This document shows positions 51,775 to 64,000 of a stretch of 64,000 bases of DNA, piece after piece. Under the pieces are notes generated by a model. That model was not told the DNA's origin and did not search any database. It saw only the letters and a list, made by a program, of their open reading frames with translations. Positions within the stretch are counted from its first letter, which is position 1; each line of letters begins with the position of its first letter. This DNA is from Eledone cirrhosa (Eukaryota). The stretch is from NCBI GenBank assembly GCA_964016885.1, contig OZ024744.1, forward strand, positions 93,434,001-93,498,000, read 5' to 3'. Both the position numbers and the translations under genes were made by a program.

Positions 51775-52439
51775 AAGTCAGGTGAACTTCTTAACTACCA
51801 GGTGTAACGAATAGAAGCTGTTTCAAAAAAAATAAACCACTAAAAAAAAATCACGAAGCATTGTGTTTCCCCAATTATAAGCCCTAGAATATTTTTATGT
51901 TGTCTAAACTGAAAATCAGCCCTAACGCATTTTGGTGATAAAAATTAATTTAAAAAATAATATAAACCGGATATTCAGAGTCTTGTTCATTACTAATATA
52001 TGACATTCTTTACATATTATTAACTCTATATATATCCTTTATTTTTTACATCACTTTAATGATACTTTTATAAAAACTCTTGTACTATTATTCGAGGTTA
52101 ACTTTGCCTTTCATCCTTACGGGGTCGATACAATAAAGTACCAGTAATGTACTGTAATAATTGCTGGCCTTGTGCCTAAAGTAGAAACAATTATTATTTT
52201 TGCGCATGTGTGTAAAAGTATAAGCCCTACCCACCCGAAAATAAGCCCAAGTGCCTCTTTTTTTTTTTTTGTTAGGGAAAAATAATATAAGAATAGCCAT
52301 ATAATAGTGGGAAACACTGTAGACGTGTTACATTATTTCTCTTCTTCTTTCAGACCTTGACCGCTTCGCGATAAACATCAATTATAGGATCTCGTGTCTT
52401 TTGTTTATCACATTTATTTATTTATTTTTGCCTTCCAAA

Positions 52440-52749
52440 ATGGAGGTGGCGAGTTCTGCTGCCTCGAGTACTCCTGTCTCTTCGGCAAAAACATTAATTG
52501 CTGATTATTTACAACCACTTTATGTTGTTATATTCGGTATGACCATCCTAGCTGTTATACTTTTCGTCTCACTGAAACATCTGAGATATCACCATCAACC
52601 AGAGGTACATCTACCGCCAATGAAGAAAAGAGACATGACAATAGCCGAACTAAAGCAATACGATGGAACCGGTGAGGACGGCCGTATATGTATTGCTGTA
52701 AACAGAAAAATATTTGATGTTACTCGAGGAAGGAAATACTATGGACAAG
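52440..52749 (+). CDS. PGRMC: First coding exon of membrane-associated progesterone receptor component (PGRMC/MAPR, cytochrome-b5-like heme/steroid-binding domain)
   Basis: AAAATGG start; hydrophobic TM segment; LPPMKKRDMTIAELKQYDGTGEDGRICIAVNRKIFDVTRGRKYYG matches PGRMC. Donor CAAG|GTAATT (phase 1) lies where similarity ends. Downstream exons are not in the window. Confidence 0.93.
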
Positions 52750-53469
52750 GTAATTATTGTCATTTTTTTTTATTTTTTGTTTTTGTTGGTTTTTATCATC
52801 ATTATAAACTCATTAATATCGTAATTATTGCTATTCGTGTTCAGGACAAACCGTTTTTACACCCGGTTTCAATTTCGTGTTGTTATGTATTTCATTTACA
52901 TTGTTATGGTCTTAGATAGCATAAAAATAATACTAATGTATAAATGCCTGTGTTACACATTCTAATTTTGCTGTTTTTTCATTAAATATTAATATTTTCA
53001 TTAAATATTAATATTAAATATTAAATAAAAACAAATCTAAATCTTTATTATTCTAATTCAGAAAGAACGAACTCTGAAGCCCGGTTGTTAACATGTTCTC
53101 TTCATTTTATTATAGACTTTTAAATGCTTTTTATTTAATAACATCATGAATATCACGTAGTATAATCTTCACAAATTCTGTAAAATATGAAACCTTGCGT
53201 ATCTATGAAACAAATAGCAACTCTTTGTTTAAATATTCCTGCCTATTCAAAATTCTGTCTTTGTTTATGTTATCAATTCTAATGTTCTATTGACATTTAA
53301 CGAGCTTGTGGTGGTAGTTGGTGGTTACATATTTCAGTTTTCTATGGTCTTTCGTTCTTACACCAGCTTCCAGTATTGCTGTTGTTCATACTTTTTTGGG
53401 GGGGTTTTAAATATATTCTCTGTTATCCTATCACACACAAATATTTACAGACAACCACACATGTGCATA

Positions 53470-53775
53470 TTTATCTATTATATATATATATATATAGATA
53501 TATATATTTATTTATTTATTTATATATATTTTTATTTATTTATATATATATTTATTTATTTATATATATATTTATATATTTATTTATTTATATATATATT
53601 TATATATATATTTATTTATTTATATATATATTTATTTATATATATATTTATTTATATATTTATATATATTTATTTATATATATATATTTATATATTTATA
53701 TATATATATATTTATTTATATATATATATTTATTTATACATACATTTATAGATATACATTAAAATATATATATAT
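53470..53775. repeat. TA/TTTA low-complexity tract
   Basis: Directly visible. Confidence 0.9.
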
Positions 53776-54369
53776 TTCTACCGAATTTATACTACAGTAC
53801 ATACTAAATATATAGTATGTACTGTAGTTTGGTAGAAATATCCAGGATAAGAGCACGCAGTCCATAGGACGAGTAAAGTATAATTAATTACAAGAGTAAT
53901 GTATATATATATATATATACACGAGAAAAGTCCAAAGAAAAACAAATAACACGGGGGAACAGTGAAATACAATGATGACAGATGTGTTTTTATGCGTACA
54001 TACACATACAGATATACACACACATGCACTATGTGTGTGTGTGTATCCTCGTTATGATTTCCATGCTCGCAAGGGTTGGACAGATCCTTTTCAGTCCAGC
54101 ATCTCTCCATTCACTGCGTCCCTTAGTCGTCTCCTCTTTGAAATCAGTTCTAACCACCTTCATCCAGGTCTTTCTCGAACTTCCTCTACTGGGGCTTCCC
54201 TCCTATGGGATTTCTTGGCACTTCTTCACCCAGTGATTATCATCCATACCAATGTAGTCTCCTGTGCACCTACATCCAATTCCTCTTGTACCCATGCTTG
54301 CTTCATTTCTCTCCAGCCTTTACATGTCCTCTGCATTCATTGCCCACGTCTCACCAACATGCAGCATGA

Positions 54370-54676
54370 CATTTCTCTCGGGTGTTTAGAGGCGTATCTC
54401 GGGTATGGCAAGCATGGTACGTGTCATAGGCGCCACATGAAAGGAACACCACTTGGACTAGAAGCACATTCTATTAAAGTCAAATAAGCCTCGTCACAGA
54501 GTGAAAAAATAAACTCCTTCAGATGTATGATTGATTATCATGGGTGAGGTCATTGGTGGCTGAATCATTAAATCATTTATATAAATTATTACACCCATAG
54601 ATAAAAATACAATGCTTGGCAGGGGCACAATTTCACTGCTTGTCGTAGGCGCTATTTTACCTAGTTATGCCACTGC
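54370..54676 (-). mobile_element. Truncated DNA-transposon-like insert
   Basis: Interrupts the host between LYDAC and MLHVGETW; only one terminus, CAGTGGCATAACTAGG, is recognisable. Confidence 0.45.
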
Positions 54677-55380
54677 AGGCGTCATACAGCCAACATTTTG
54701 TTCGTAAAGAAAAACCTCTTGTTGTCAAGAAGTAGCAGTTCCCTAAACTTCTTCCATCCTGCCATTTTTCTAGTTCCTATGCTCACAGAGCACCCTCTTC
54801 CACTGCTAATTATATAGCCTATATAACAGAAACTTTCAGCCACTTCTATGGGTTTCATTGTGAATGGAAAAAGTTTGTCTTATATCTTACTTTCAATTGT
54901 CCCTGAATACCTACTGCATTGTGTACATTGTATAGAGTTTATGCCTACCTCTTTCCTACATATTAAGCAAGACCACTTCCCTAAAGAGATCAGTGCCCTA
55001 TCTTCTTTCCTACTTATTAACATTTTGGCCCTTTTGATTTTAAGTTTCGTTTCCATAGCTGGAATATATTCTCTAGTTCTTCCACAGATTCAGCTGTAAA
55101 GACCAAATCATCAGCATACAGATTTCCCATAGGTAACCAGGCTAAACTCCTCTGTTATGGCCTAGAGGACTATGATAAACAGGAGTGGATTAAGAACTGA
55201 ATCCTGATGAACTACTACCTGTACCTTGAATTCCTCACTAAACTCACTTTCTACTCTCATTTTATTTACAGCTCCTCTTTCATGTTTTCCACAGCTTTTA
55301 CAAGCCACTCCTCTACACCTAATTTCTTAAGGATCAGCAGATGACAGATCAGGGTACTCTGTCAAAAGCTTTCTCTAGAT

Positions 55381-56520
55381 CACAGGTTCTCAACCCATTT
55401 AGGCCAAACGCCCCCTTTTGTTCCTCGAAATCACGAAACGCCCCTACCCTATTTTTCCATTTTTCAATATACTACTGATTTTGATATCAGTAGATTACTG
55501 AAAAATTAATATTCCAAAGATACCATTGCAGGCAGCTGAGAGTATAAATACAAATACATTCCTTGAAAGGAAATATATAAATTTCAAAAAAAGGAACATA
55601 AATGTTCTTTTTTATGAATAAAGACCAGTTGAATTTGTTATATTCCCACCAGGCGTTACCAGCTATTTTGAACATTTATACAAGAGCAGCTCTATCCCAA
55701 GAGTGCTCTTATCTGGAAGAAAGTGGCAATTATATCATTTCAAAGCTTTCCAATTTTCCCTTTAATGAAACGGACAGAATAAATGTTGATATCTAACTTG
55801 ATGTCCTCCCGCTCCGCTTTGTGAGCTTAGAGACCACGGAAGAGGGTTTTCATGACCACGCGGGAGGGTATATTTATTAGTAAATGGTAAAATATATACA
55901 ACAAATGAGTAAGTCAATTGCAGTAGATGGTTTCCAGTCCAGTCAGACTGCAACTACAAATAAAATAATTGTTAGTTTGCTTTATAACAATAGCATATCC
56001 AAGTTTTCGGATAAATCAACTTACTTTAACTTTGACCTCATTTCAATGGAACCCTTGAGCTTCATGGAGTCTAGCTAACTCTGACGTGAGACTGAATTTT
56101 CATAAGATGTAGCCAGAGATCTCCACGTGTAATTACATTGTAGCGGTTGCGAGCCTTACTGTGCAGTCTGGAAACAGCACCAAACCTCCTCTCGACTAAG
56201 TATGAGCTTGGAAAAGGCAGAGCAAATCTCTTAGCCTCTGCATGTAGGAGTGGAAATCGACGCTGAATTTCCTCTTGCATCCAAAAAAGGGGTTCAGACC
56301 ATAGTTATGCTGTCTGCGTGCTCATTCAAATGCATTCACACTGGCTGTCTCAAAGACATACAAATATGGCTTATAAAACTTACCAAAGTAAAGAGACTTC
56401 CAGTGCTCCAAACTCCCCCCCCCCCTCCCCCACGCAACCTGGCACCCAAACGCCCCCCTCCCCCCTGGAGTTCCGAAAACGCCCCCCAGGGGTGCATATG
56501 ACCCCCATTGAGAACCTTTG
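55381..56520 (-). mobile_element. Internally deleted hAT (Charlie/Buster-type) transposon
   Basis: 8-bp TSD CTCTAGAT (55373-55380, 56521-56528); TIR CAMAGGTTCTCAA; ORF 56071-56280 PFPSSYLVERRF...RNR...RGDL resembles the Buster C-terminal dimerisation region. Confidence 0.92.
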
Positions 56521-57000
56521 CTCTAGATCAACAAAAGATAGATATAGAGGCTAACTTGTAGCTAAAAACTTTTCTTGTAGTTGTTTTACTAAAAAGAGGG
56601 CATCTGTGGAGCTCTGCCTGACATGAAACCAAACTGCATCTCATCTAATTTGACTCTTTCTCTAATTAGCTGTGCCATAACACTGTCACTTTCATAACTT
56701 GATCAATTAGTTTTATTCCCCTGTAGTTGCTCCTTTCTGGAGAAACACCTTTACCCTTGTAGCAATTAATGATTATGCTGTTGCACTAGTCATTGGGTAT
56801 GGCCCCATCTTGTATTATCTGATTGACGATGTGGGTGACTAGCTCAACTTTCACTTACCCAGATGCTTTCAGCATCTCAGAAACTATATCAGGCGATCCC
56901 ATGACTTTACCATTTTTCATCTCCGTGATTACTTCTTTGACCCGGTCTCTCTGTTGGGCCAGTTGGAGTTAGTCTCCCTTCCTCCCATTCATTATCCCTT

Positions 57001-57090
57001 TTTGCCTTTCATCCTTACGGGCGTCGATAAAATAAAGTACCAGTAATACACTGGGTATTTGCTGGCCTTGTGCTAAAAGTAGAAACAATT
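57001..57090 (+). mobile_element. SINE family B 3' fragment
   Basis: TTTGCCTTTCATCCTTACGG...GTAGAAACAATT. Confidence 0.8.
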
Positions 57091-57210
57091 ATCCTTTCAT
57101 AGTAACATTTCCAGGCCTCTTTCCTCTGAATACCAGTGGTGCTAAGTGCACCAGTGTCATGTTGAACACACTTTTCCCGAACAGTATCCTTATTCATAAT
57201 GACATACTAC

Positions 57211-57989
57211 CACTGCTAGCTGCAAAAGGCTTCTCCCTCAGAATGAAAGGCAGACTGTATGATGCGTGTATCCGAGCAGCGATGTTGCATGGTAGTGAGA
57301 CCTGGGCGCTGAAGGTGGAAGACTTACGTAGATTAGAGAGAAACGAAGCCTGCATGCTCCGATGGATGTGTAACAGTAATATACGTGAACGACAAAGCAT
57401 AAATGAATTGAGAGAGAGACTGTGCATAAGAGAAATCAAATGCTGTGTGCAGGAGAGGCGGTTGCGTTGGTATGGACATGTGATGCGTATGAAGGATGAC
57501 AGCTGCATAAAAAGGTGCAGAGCACTAGAAGTTGATGGAAACCGCGGAGTGGGGAGACCCAAGATGACCTGGGATGAGGTGATAAAAGCCAACCTTACCC
57601 AATTACACCTCTCAAAGACAATGACACACGACCGTGACTTCTGGCGTCACGCAGTAATACAGAGTACCCGACCTTCCATGGGTACATGCTGAAGCATATA
57701 AACAATATGCCCCCACACCCCCCACTGCAAGGTGGTCGTGGAGGTGCCACGGCAAAAAAGCACCCAGCCCACACTGTAAAGTGGACGTGTAGGCGCCACG
57801 AAAAAGCACCCAGCACTCACTGTAAATGAGGTTGGTGTTAGGAAGGGCATCCAGCTGTAGAAATCAAGCCAGATCAGTTCCTGTATGAGCAAGGCATGGT
57901 CAGCCGACCAGACACTGCCCACAACAGGACAACCCGTCTAACCCATGCTAGCGTGGAAGAACGGACGTAAAACGGTGATGATGATGATG
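57211..57989 (+). mobile_element. Young composite RTE-derived insertion (open C-terminal ORF to 57692, ~48-bp modules, second tail)
   Basis: Uninterrupted ~160-aa RTE C-terminus; (GAT)n tail; 7-bp TSD ATACTAC (57204-57210, 57990-57996). Confidence 0.88.
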
Positions 57990-58677
57990 ATACTACGATG
58001 CAATGCAGAACATCTCATGTCTCTGACCTTTACAGTGCAAATTATTGGAAAATATCTTTCTCTCAGCCTCTTTTCATGCTATGTATACCTGTCGCCTAGC
58101 TTCTGTTTTAGCTACTTGCTCTCTACACTACTGCCCCCATTTTTCCAGTCTTTCCATGTTTCTTGTTTTTAATAGCTTGATCTACTAGGCTGTTCCACCA
58201 CCATCACATCCTGTCTTGCTGGTGCTTTGCTCCAGCCACAAGTCTCTTCAGTAGTCTGTAGTAGGCTATCACATAAAGACTTCCAGTTGTCCTCTATGTC
58301 ATATGTGTCTATCTCATCTTCCTTCTCGTGTGCCTCAAAGCTTTCCAGAACTTTTACTTAACAGAAAGGTCCTTTAGCCTCCAAACTCTCCTCCACCAGA
58401 TTTTCCTGTTTCCTTTTCTGACTTAAGCTTATTCTGATGTTGCTAATAAATGAATTATGTTGGGCAGTGCATTCTTCTCTGGACAAGGTCTTAAGATTTA
58501 TAATCATCTGTCTATTTCATTTTCTAACAAGTACAAAGTCACTTTGTTTTGTGTGTTCACCTGACTGGTAGGTTATCAGGTGGTTAGCCAGTTTCCTGAA
58601 GTTAGTGCTGAAAATGGTTAAATCACTTGCATCACAGAATTCCAGGAGTTTTATTCCCTCTTAATTTTTCTAGCCAT

Positions 58678-61600
58678 AGCCATAGCCACTGTGTAGACTG
58701 GTGTAGCTATCTTGAGCTGTCTAACACAGCCATAGTCACTGTAGACTGGTGTAGGTATCTTGAGCTGTCTAACACAGCCATAGCCACTGTGTAGACTGGT
58801 GTAGCTATCTTGAGCTGTCTAACACAGCCATAGTCACTGTGTAGACTGGTGTAGCTATCTTGGGCTGTCTAACACAGCCATAGCCACTGTGTAGACTAGT
58901 GTAGCTATCTTGAGCTGTCTAACACAGCCATAGTCACTGTGTAGACTGGTGTAGCTATCTTGAGCTGTCTAACACAGCCATAGTCACTGTGTAGACTGGT
59001 GTAGGTATCTTGAGCTGTCTAACACAGCCATAGTCACTGTAGACTGGTGTAGGTATCTTGAGCTGTCTAACACAGCCATAGTCACTGTGTAGACTGGTGT
59101 AGCTATCTTGAGCTGTCTAACACAGCCATAGTCACTGTAGACTGGTGTAGGTATCTTGAGCTGTCTAACACAGCCATAGCCACTGTGTAGACTGGTGTAG
59201 CTATCTTGAGCTGTCTAACACAGCCATAGCCACTGTGTAGACTGGTGTAGCTATCTTGGGCTGTCTAACACAGCCATAGCCACTGTGTAGACTGGTGTAG
59301 CTATCTTGAGCTGTCTAACACAGCCATAGTCACTGTGTAGACTGGTGTAGCTATCTTGAGCTGTCTAACACAGCCATAGCCACTGTGTAGACTGGTGTAG
59401 CTATCTTGAGCTGTCTAACACAGCCATAGTCACTGTGTAGACTGGTGTAGCTATCTTGAGCTGTCTAACACAGCCATAGCCACTGTGTAGACTGGTGTAG
59501 GTATCTTGAGCTGTCTAACACAGCCATAGTCACTGTGTAGACTGGTGTAGCTATCTTGAGCTGTCTAACACAGCCATAGCCACTGTGTAGACTGGTGTAG
59601 GTATCTTGAGCTGTCTAACACAGCCATAGCCACTGTGTAGACTGGTGTAGCTATCTTGGGCTGTCTAACACAGCCATAGCCACTGTGTAGACTGGTGTAG
59701 CTATCTTGGGCTGTCTAACACAGCCATAGCCACTGTGTAGACTGGTGTAGCTATCTTGGGCTGTCTAACACAGCCATAGCCACTGTGTAGACTGGTGTAG
59801 CTATCTTGAGCTGTCTAACACAGCCATAGTCACTGTAGACTGGTGTAGCTATCTTGGGCTGTCTAACACAGCCATAGTCACTGTGTAGACTGGTGTAGCT
59901 ATCTTGGGCTGTCTAACACAGCCATAGTCACTGTGTAGACTGGTGTAGCTATCTTGAGCTGTCTAACACAGCCATAGCCACTGTGTAGACTGGTGTAGCT
60001 ATCTTGGGCTGTCTAACACAGCCATAGTCACTGTGTAGACTGGTGTAGCTATCTTGAGCTGTCTAACACAGCCATAGTCACTGTAGACTGGTGTAGCTAT
60101 CTTGGGCTGTCTAACACAGCCATAGTCACTGTGTAGACTGGTGTAGCTATCTTGAGCTGTCTAACACAGCCATAGTCACTGTAGACTGGTGTAGCTATCT
60201 TGAGCTGTCTAACACAGCCATAGCCACTGTGTAGACTGGTGTAGGTATCTTGAGCTGTCTAACACAGCCATAGTCACTGTAGACTGGTGTAGCTATCTTG
60301 GGCTGTCTAACACAGCCATAGTCACTGTGTAGACTGGTGTAGCTATCTTGGGCTGTCTAACACAGCCATAGCCACTGTGTAGACTGGTGTAGCTATCTTG
60401 AGCTGTCTAACACAGCCATAGTCACTGTGTAGACTGGTGTAGCTATCTTGAGCTGTCTAACACAGCCATAGCCACTGTGTAGACTGGTGTAGCTATCTTG
60501 AGCTGTCTAACACAGCCATAGCCACTGTGTAGACTGGTGTAGGTATCTTGAGCTGTCTAACACAGCCATAGTCACTGTAGACTGGTGTAGCTATCTTGGG
60601 CTGTCTAACACAGCCATAGTCACTGTGTAGACTGGTGTAGCTATCTTGGGCTGTCTAACACAGCCATAGCCACTGTGTAGACTGGTGTAGCTATCTTGAG
60701 CTGTCTAACACAGCCATAGTCACTGTAGACTGGTGTAGCTATCTTGGGCTGTCTAACACAGCCATAGTCACTGTGTAGACTGGTGTAGCTATCTTGGGCT
60801 GTCTAACACAGCCATAGCCACTGTGTAGACTGGTGTAGCTATCTTGAGCTGTCTAACACAGCCATAGCCACTGTGTAGACTGGTGTAGGTATCTTGAGCT
60901 GTCTAACACAGCCATAGCCACTGTGTAGACTGGTGTAGGTATCTTGAGCTGTCTAACACAGCCATAGTCACTGTGTAGACTGGTGTAGCTATCTTGAGCT
61001 GTCTAACACAGCCATAGTCACTGTAGACTGGTGTAGCTATCTTGGGCTGTCTAACACAGCCATAGTCACTGTGTAGACTGGTGTAGCTATCTTGGGCTGT
61101 CTAACACAGCCATAGCCACTGTGTAGACTGGTGTAGCTATCTTGAGCTGTCTAACACAGCCATAGTCACTGTGTAGACTGGTGTAGCTATCTTGAGCTGT
61201 CTAACACAGCCATAGCCACTGTGTAGACTGGTGTAGCTATCTTGAGCTGTCTAACACAGCCATAGCCACTGTGTAGACTGGTGTAGGTATCTTGAGCTGT
61301 CTAACACAGCCATAGCCACTGTGTAGACTGGTGTAGGTATCTTGAGCTGTCTAACACAGCCATAGTCACTGTGTAGACTGGTGTAGCTATCTTGAGCTGT
61401 CTAACACAGCCATAGCCACTGTGTAGACTGGTGTAGCTATCTTGAGCTGTCTAACACAGCCATAGTCACTGTGTAGACTGGTGTAGCTATCTTGAGCTGT
61501 CTAACACAGCCATAGTCACTGTGTAGACTGGTGTAGCTATCTTGAGCTGTCTAACACAGCCATAGCCACTGTGTAGACTGGTGTAGCTATCTTGAGCTGT

Positions 61601-64000
61601 CTAACACAGCCATAGTCACTGTGTAGACTGGTGTAGCTATCTTGAGCTGTCTAACACAGCCATAGCCACTGTGTAGACTGGTGTAGCTATCTTGAGCTGT
61701 CTAACACAGCCATAGCCACTGTGTAGACTGGTGTAGCTATCTTGAGCTGTCTAACACAGCCATAGTCACTGTGTAGACTGGTGTAGCTATCTTGAGCTGT
61801 CTAACACAGCCATAGCCACTGTGTAGACTGGTGTAGCTATCTTGAGCTGTCTAACACAGCCATAGTCACTGTGTAGACTGGTGTAGCTATCTTGAGCTGT
61901 CTAACACAGCCATAGCCACTGTGTAGACTGGTGTAGCTATCTTGAGCTGTCTAACACAGCCATAGTCACTGTGTAGACTGGTGTAGCTATCTTGAGCTGT
62001 CTAACACAGCCATAGCCACTGTGTAGACTGGTGTAGCTATCTTGAGCTGTCTAACACAGCCATAGCCACTGTGTAGACTGGTGTAGCTATCTTGAGCTGT
62101 CTAACACAGCCATAGTCACTGTGTAGACTGGTGTAGCTATCTTGAGCTGTCTAACACAGCCATAGCCACTGTGTAGACTGGTGTAGGTATCTTGAGCTGT
62201 CTAACACAGCCATAGTCACTGTGTAGACTGGTGTAGCTATCTTGGGCTGTCTAACACAGCCATAGCCACTGTGTAGACTGGTGTAGGTATCTTGAGCTGT
62301 CTAACACAGCCATAGCCACTGTGTAGACTGGTGTAGCTATCTTGGGCTGTCTAACACAGCCATAGTCACTGTGTAGACTGGTGTAGCTATCTTGGGCTGT
62401 CTAACACAGCCATAGTCACTGTAGACTGGTGTAGCTATCTTGAGCTGTCTAACACAGCCATAGCCACTGTGTAGACTGGTGTAGCTATCTTGAGCTGTCT
62501 AACACAGCCATAGCCACTGTGTAGACTGGTGTAGCTATCTTGAGCTGTCTAACACAGCCATAGTCACTGTGTAGACTGGTGTAGCTATCTTGAGCTGTCT
62601 AACACAGCCATAGTCACTGTGTAGACTGGTGTAGCTATCTTGGGCTGTCTAACACAGCCATAGTCACTGTAGACTGGTGTAGCTATCTTGAGCTGTCTAA
62701 CACAGCCATAGTCACTGTGTAGACTGGTGTAGCTATCTTGAGCTGTCTAACACAGCCATAGCCACTGTGTAGACTGGTGTAGCTATCTTGGGCTGTCTAA
62801 CACAGCCATAGTCACTGTGTAGACTGGTGTAGCTATCTTGGGCTGTCTAACACAGCCATAGTCACTGTGTAGACTGGTGTAGCTATCTTGAGCTGTCTAA
62901 CACAGCCATAGCCACTGTGTAGACTGGTGTAGCTATCTTGGGCTGTCTAACACAGCCATAGTCACTGTGTAGACTGGTGTAGGTATCTTGAGCTGTCTAA
63001 CACAGCCATAGTCACTGTGTAGACTGGTGTAGCTATCTTGAGCTGTCTAACACAGCCATAGTCACTGTGTAGACTGGTGTAGCTATCTTGAGCTGTCTAA
63101 CACAGCCATAGTCACTGTGTAGACTGGTGTAGCTATCTTGAGCTGTCTAACACAGCCATAGTCACTGTGTAGACTGGTGTAGCTATCTTGAGCTGTCTAA
63201 CACAGCCATAGTCACTGTGTAGACTGGTGTAGCTATCTTGAGCTGTCTAACACAGCCATAGTCACTGTGTAGACTGGTGTAGCTATCTTGAGCTGTCTAA
63301 CACAGCCATAGCCACTGTGTAGACTGGTGTAGCTATCTTGTGCTGTCTAACACAGCCATAGCCACTGTGTAGACTGGTGTAGCTATCTTGAGCTGTCTAA
63401 CACAGCCATAGCCACTGTGTAGACTGGTGTAGCTATCTTGAGCTGTCTAACACAGCCATAGTCACTGTGTAGACTGGTGTAGCTATCTTGAGCTGTCTAA
63501 CACAGCCATAGTCACTGTGTAGACTGGTGTAGCTATCTTGGGCTGTCTAACACAGCCATAGCCACTGTGTAGACTGGTGTAGCTATCTTGTGCTGTCTAA
63601 CACAGCCATAGCCACTGTGTAGACTGGTGTAGCTATCTTGAGCTGTCTAACACAGCCATAGCCACTGTGTAGACTGGTGTAGCTATCTTGAGCTGTCTAA
63701 CACAGCCATAGCCACTGTGTAGACTGGTGTAGCTATCTTGAGCTGTCTAACACAGCCATAGCCACTGTGTAGACTGGTGTAGCTATCTTGGGCTGTCTAA
63801 CACAGCCATAGCCACTGTGTAGACTGGTGTAGCTATCTTGAGCTGTCTAACACAGCCATAGTCACTGTGTAGACTGGTGTAGCTATCTTGAGCTGTCTAA
63901 CACAGCCATAGCCACTGTGTAGACTGGTGTAGCTATCTTGGGCTGTCTAACACAGCCATAGCCACTGTGTAGACTGGTGTAGCTATCTTGGGCTGTCTAA
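58678..64000. repeat. 50-bp satellite (48-bp variant), >100 units, runs off the right edge
   Basis: Unit CATAGYCACTGTGTAGACTGGTGTAGSTATCTTGRGCTGTCTAACACAGC. Confidence 0.98.

Larger units (their letters stand above)
54050..58730 (-). mobile_element. Degenerate RTE LINE, antisense in the PGRMC intron, host to four nested inserts
   Basis: Minus strand: APE (HSGYGYG, KLLEFCD, TNFRK..NHLITYQSG), FVDLEKAFDR (split by hAT), LYADD (~55108-55122), LYDAC, RTE tail near 54055-54085. Confidence 0.88.

Noticed and set aside
52750-52919. C-terminal extension of the 172-aa ORF
   Set aside because: Read-through into the T-rich intron past a canonical donor; PGRMC similarity stops there.
58678-64000. CRISPR-like regular array
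   Set aside because: Head-to-tail units with no unique spacers, no cas genes, and a eukaryotic context.

Overview
Eukaryotic, repeat-saturated window. The SINE, RTE and microsatellite repertoire looks octopod/cephalopod (inference). Only one host gene is supported: the first coding exon of a PGRMC/MAPR-type membrane cytochrome-b5-domain protein (52440-52749, +). Its intron runs off the window and holds a nested stack of transposons. The rest is tandem arrays and decayed mobile elements. Tandem arrays: a 9.8-kb GGT/GTT/GAT/AAT array, (TACA)n, and 83-, 35-, 54-, 48- and 50-bp minisatellites. Mobile elements: RTE, CR1, CRE-like and R4/Dong-like LINEs, two tRNA-type SINE families, piggyBac-, hAT- and pogo-type non-autonomous elements, a Helitron, and Penelope-like termini with hammerhead-ribozyme cores. 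The most notable pattern is that several large satellites trace in situ to a short piece of the transposon they sit in. Other notable items are a SINE-LINE partner pair, an ATTAT target preference, and a synonymously diverged duplicated CCCH finger. No prokaryotic-type system, CRISPR array or intact novel multi-gene system is supported. Almost all long ORFs in the track are repeat artefacts. Family names come from motif recognition by eye, not database searches.
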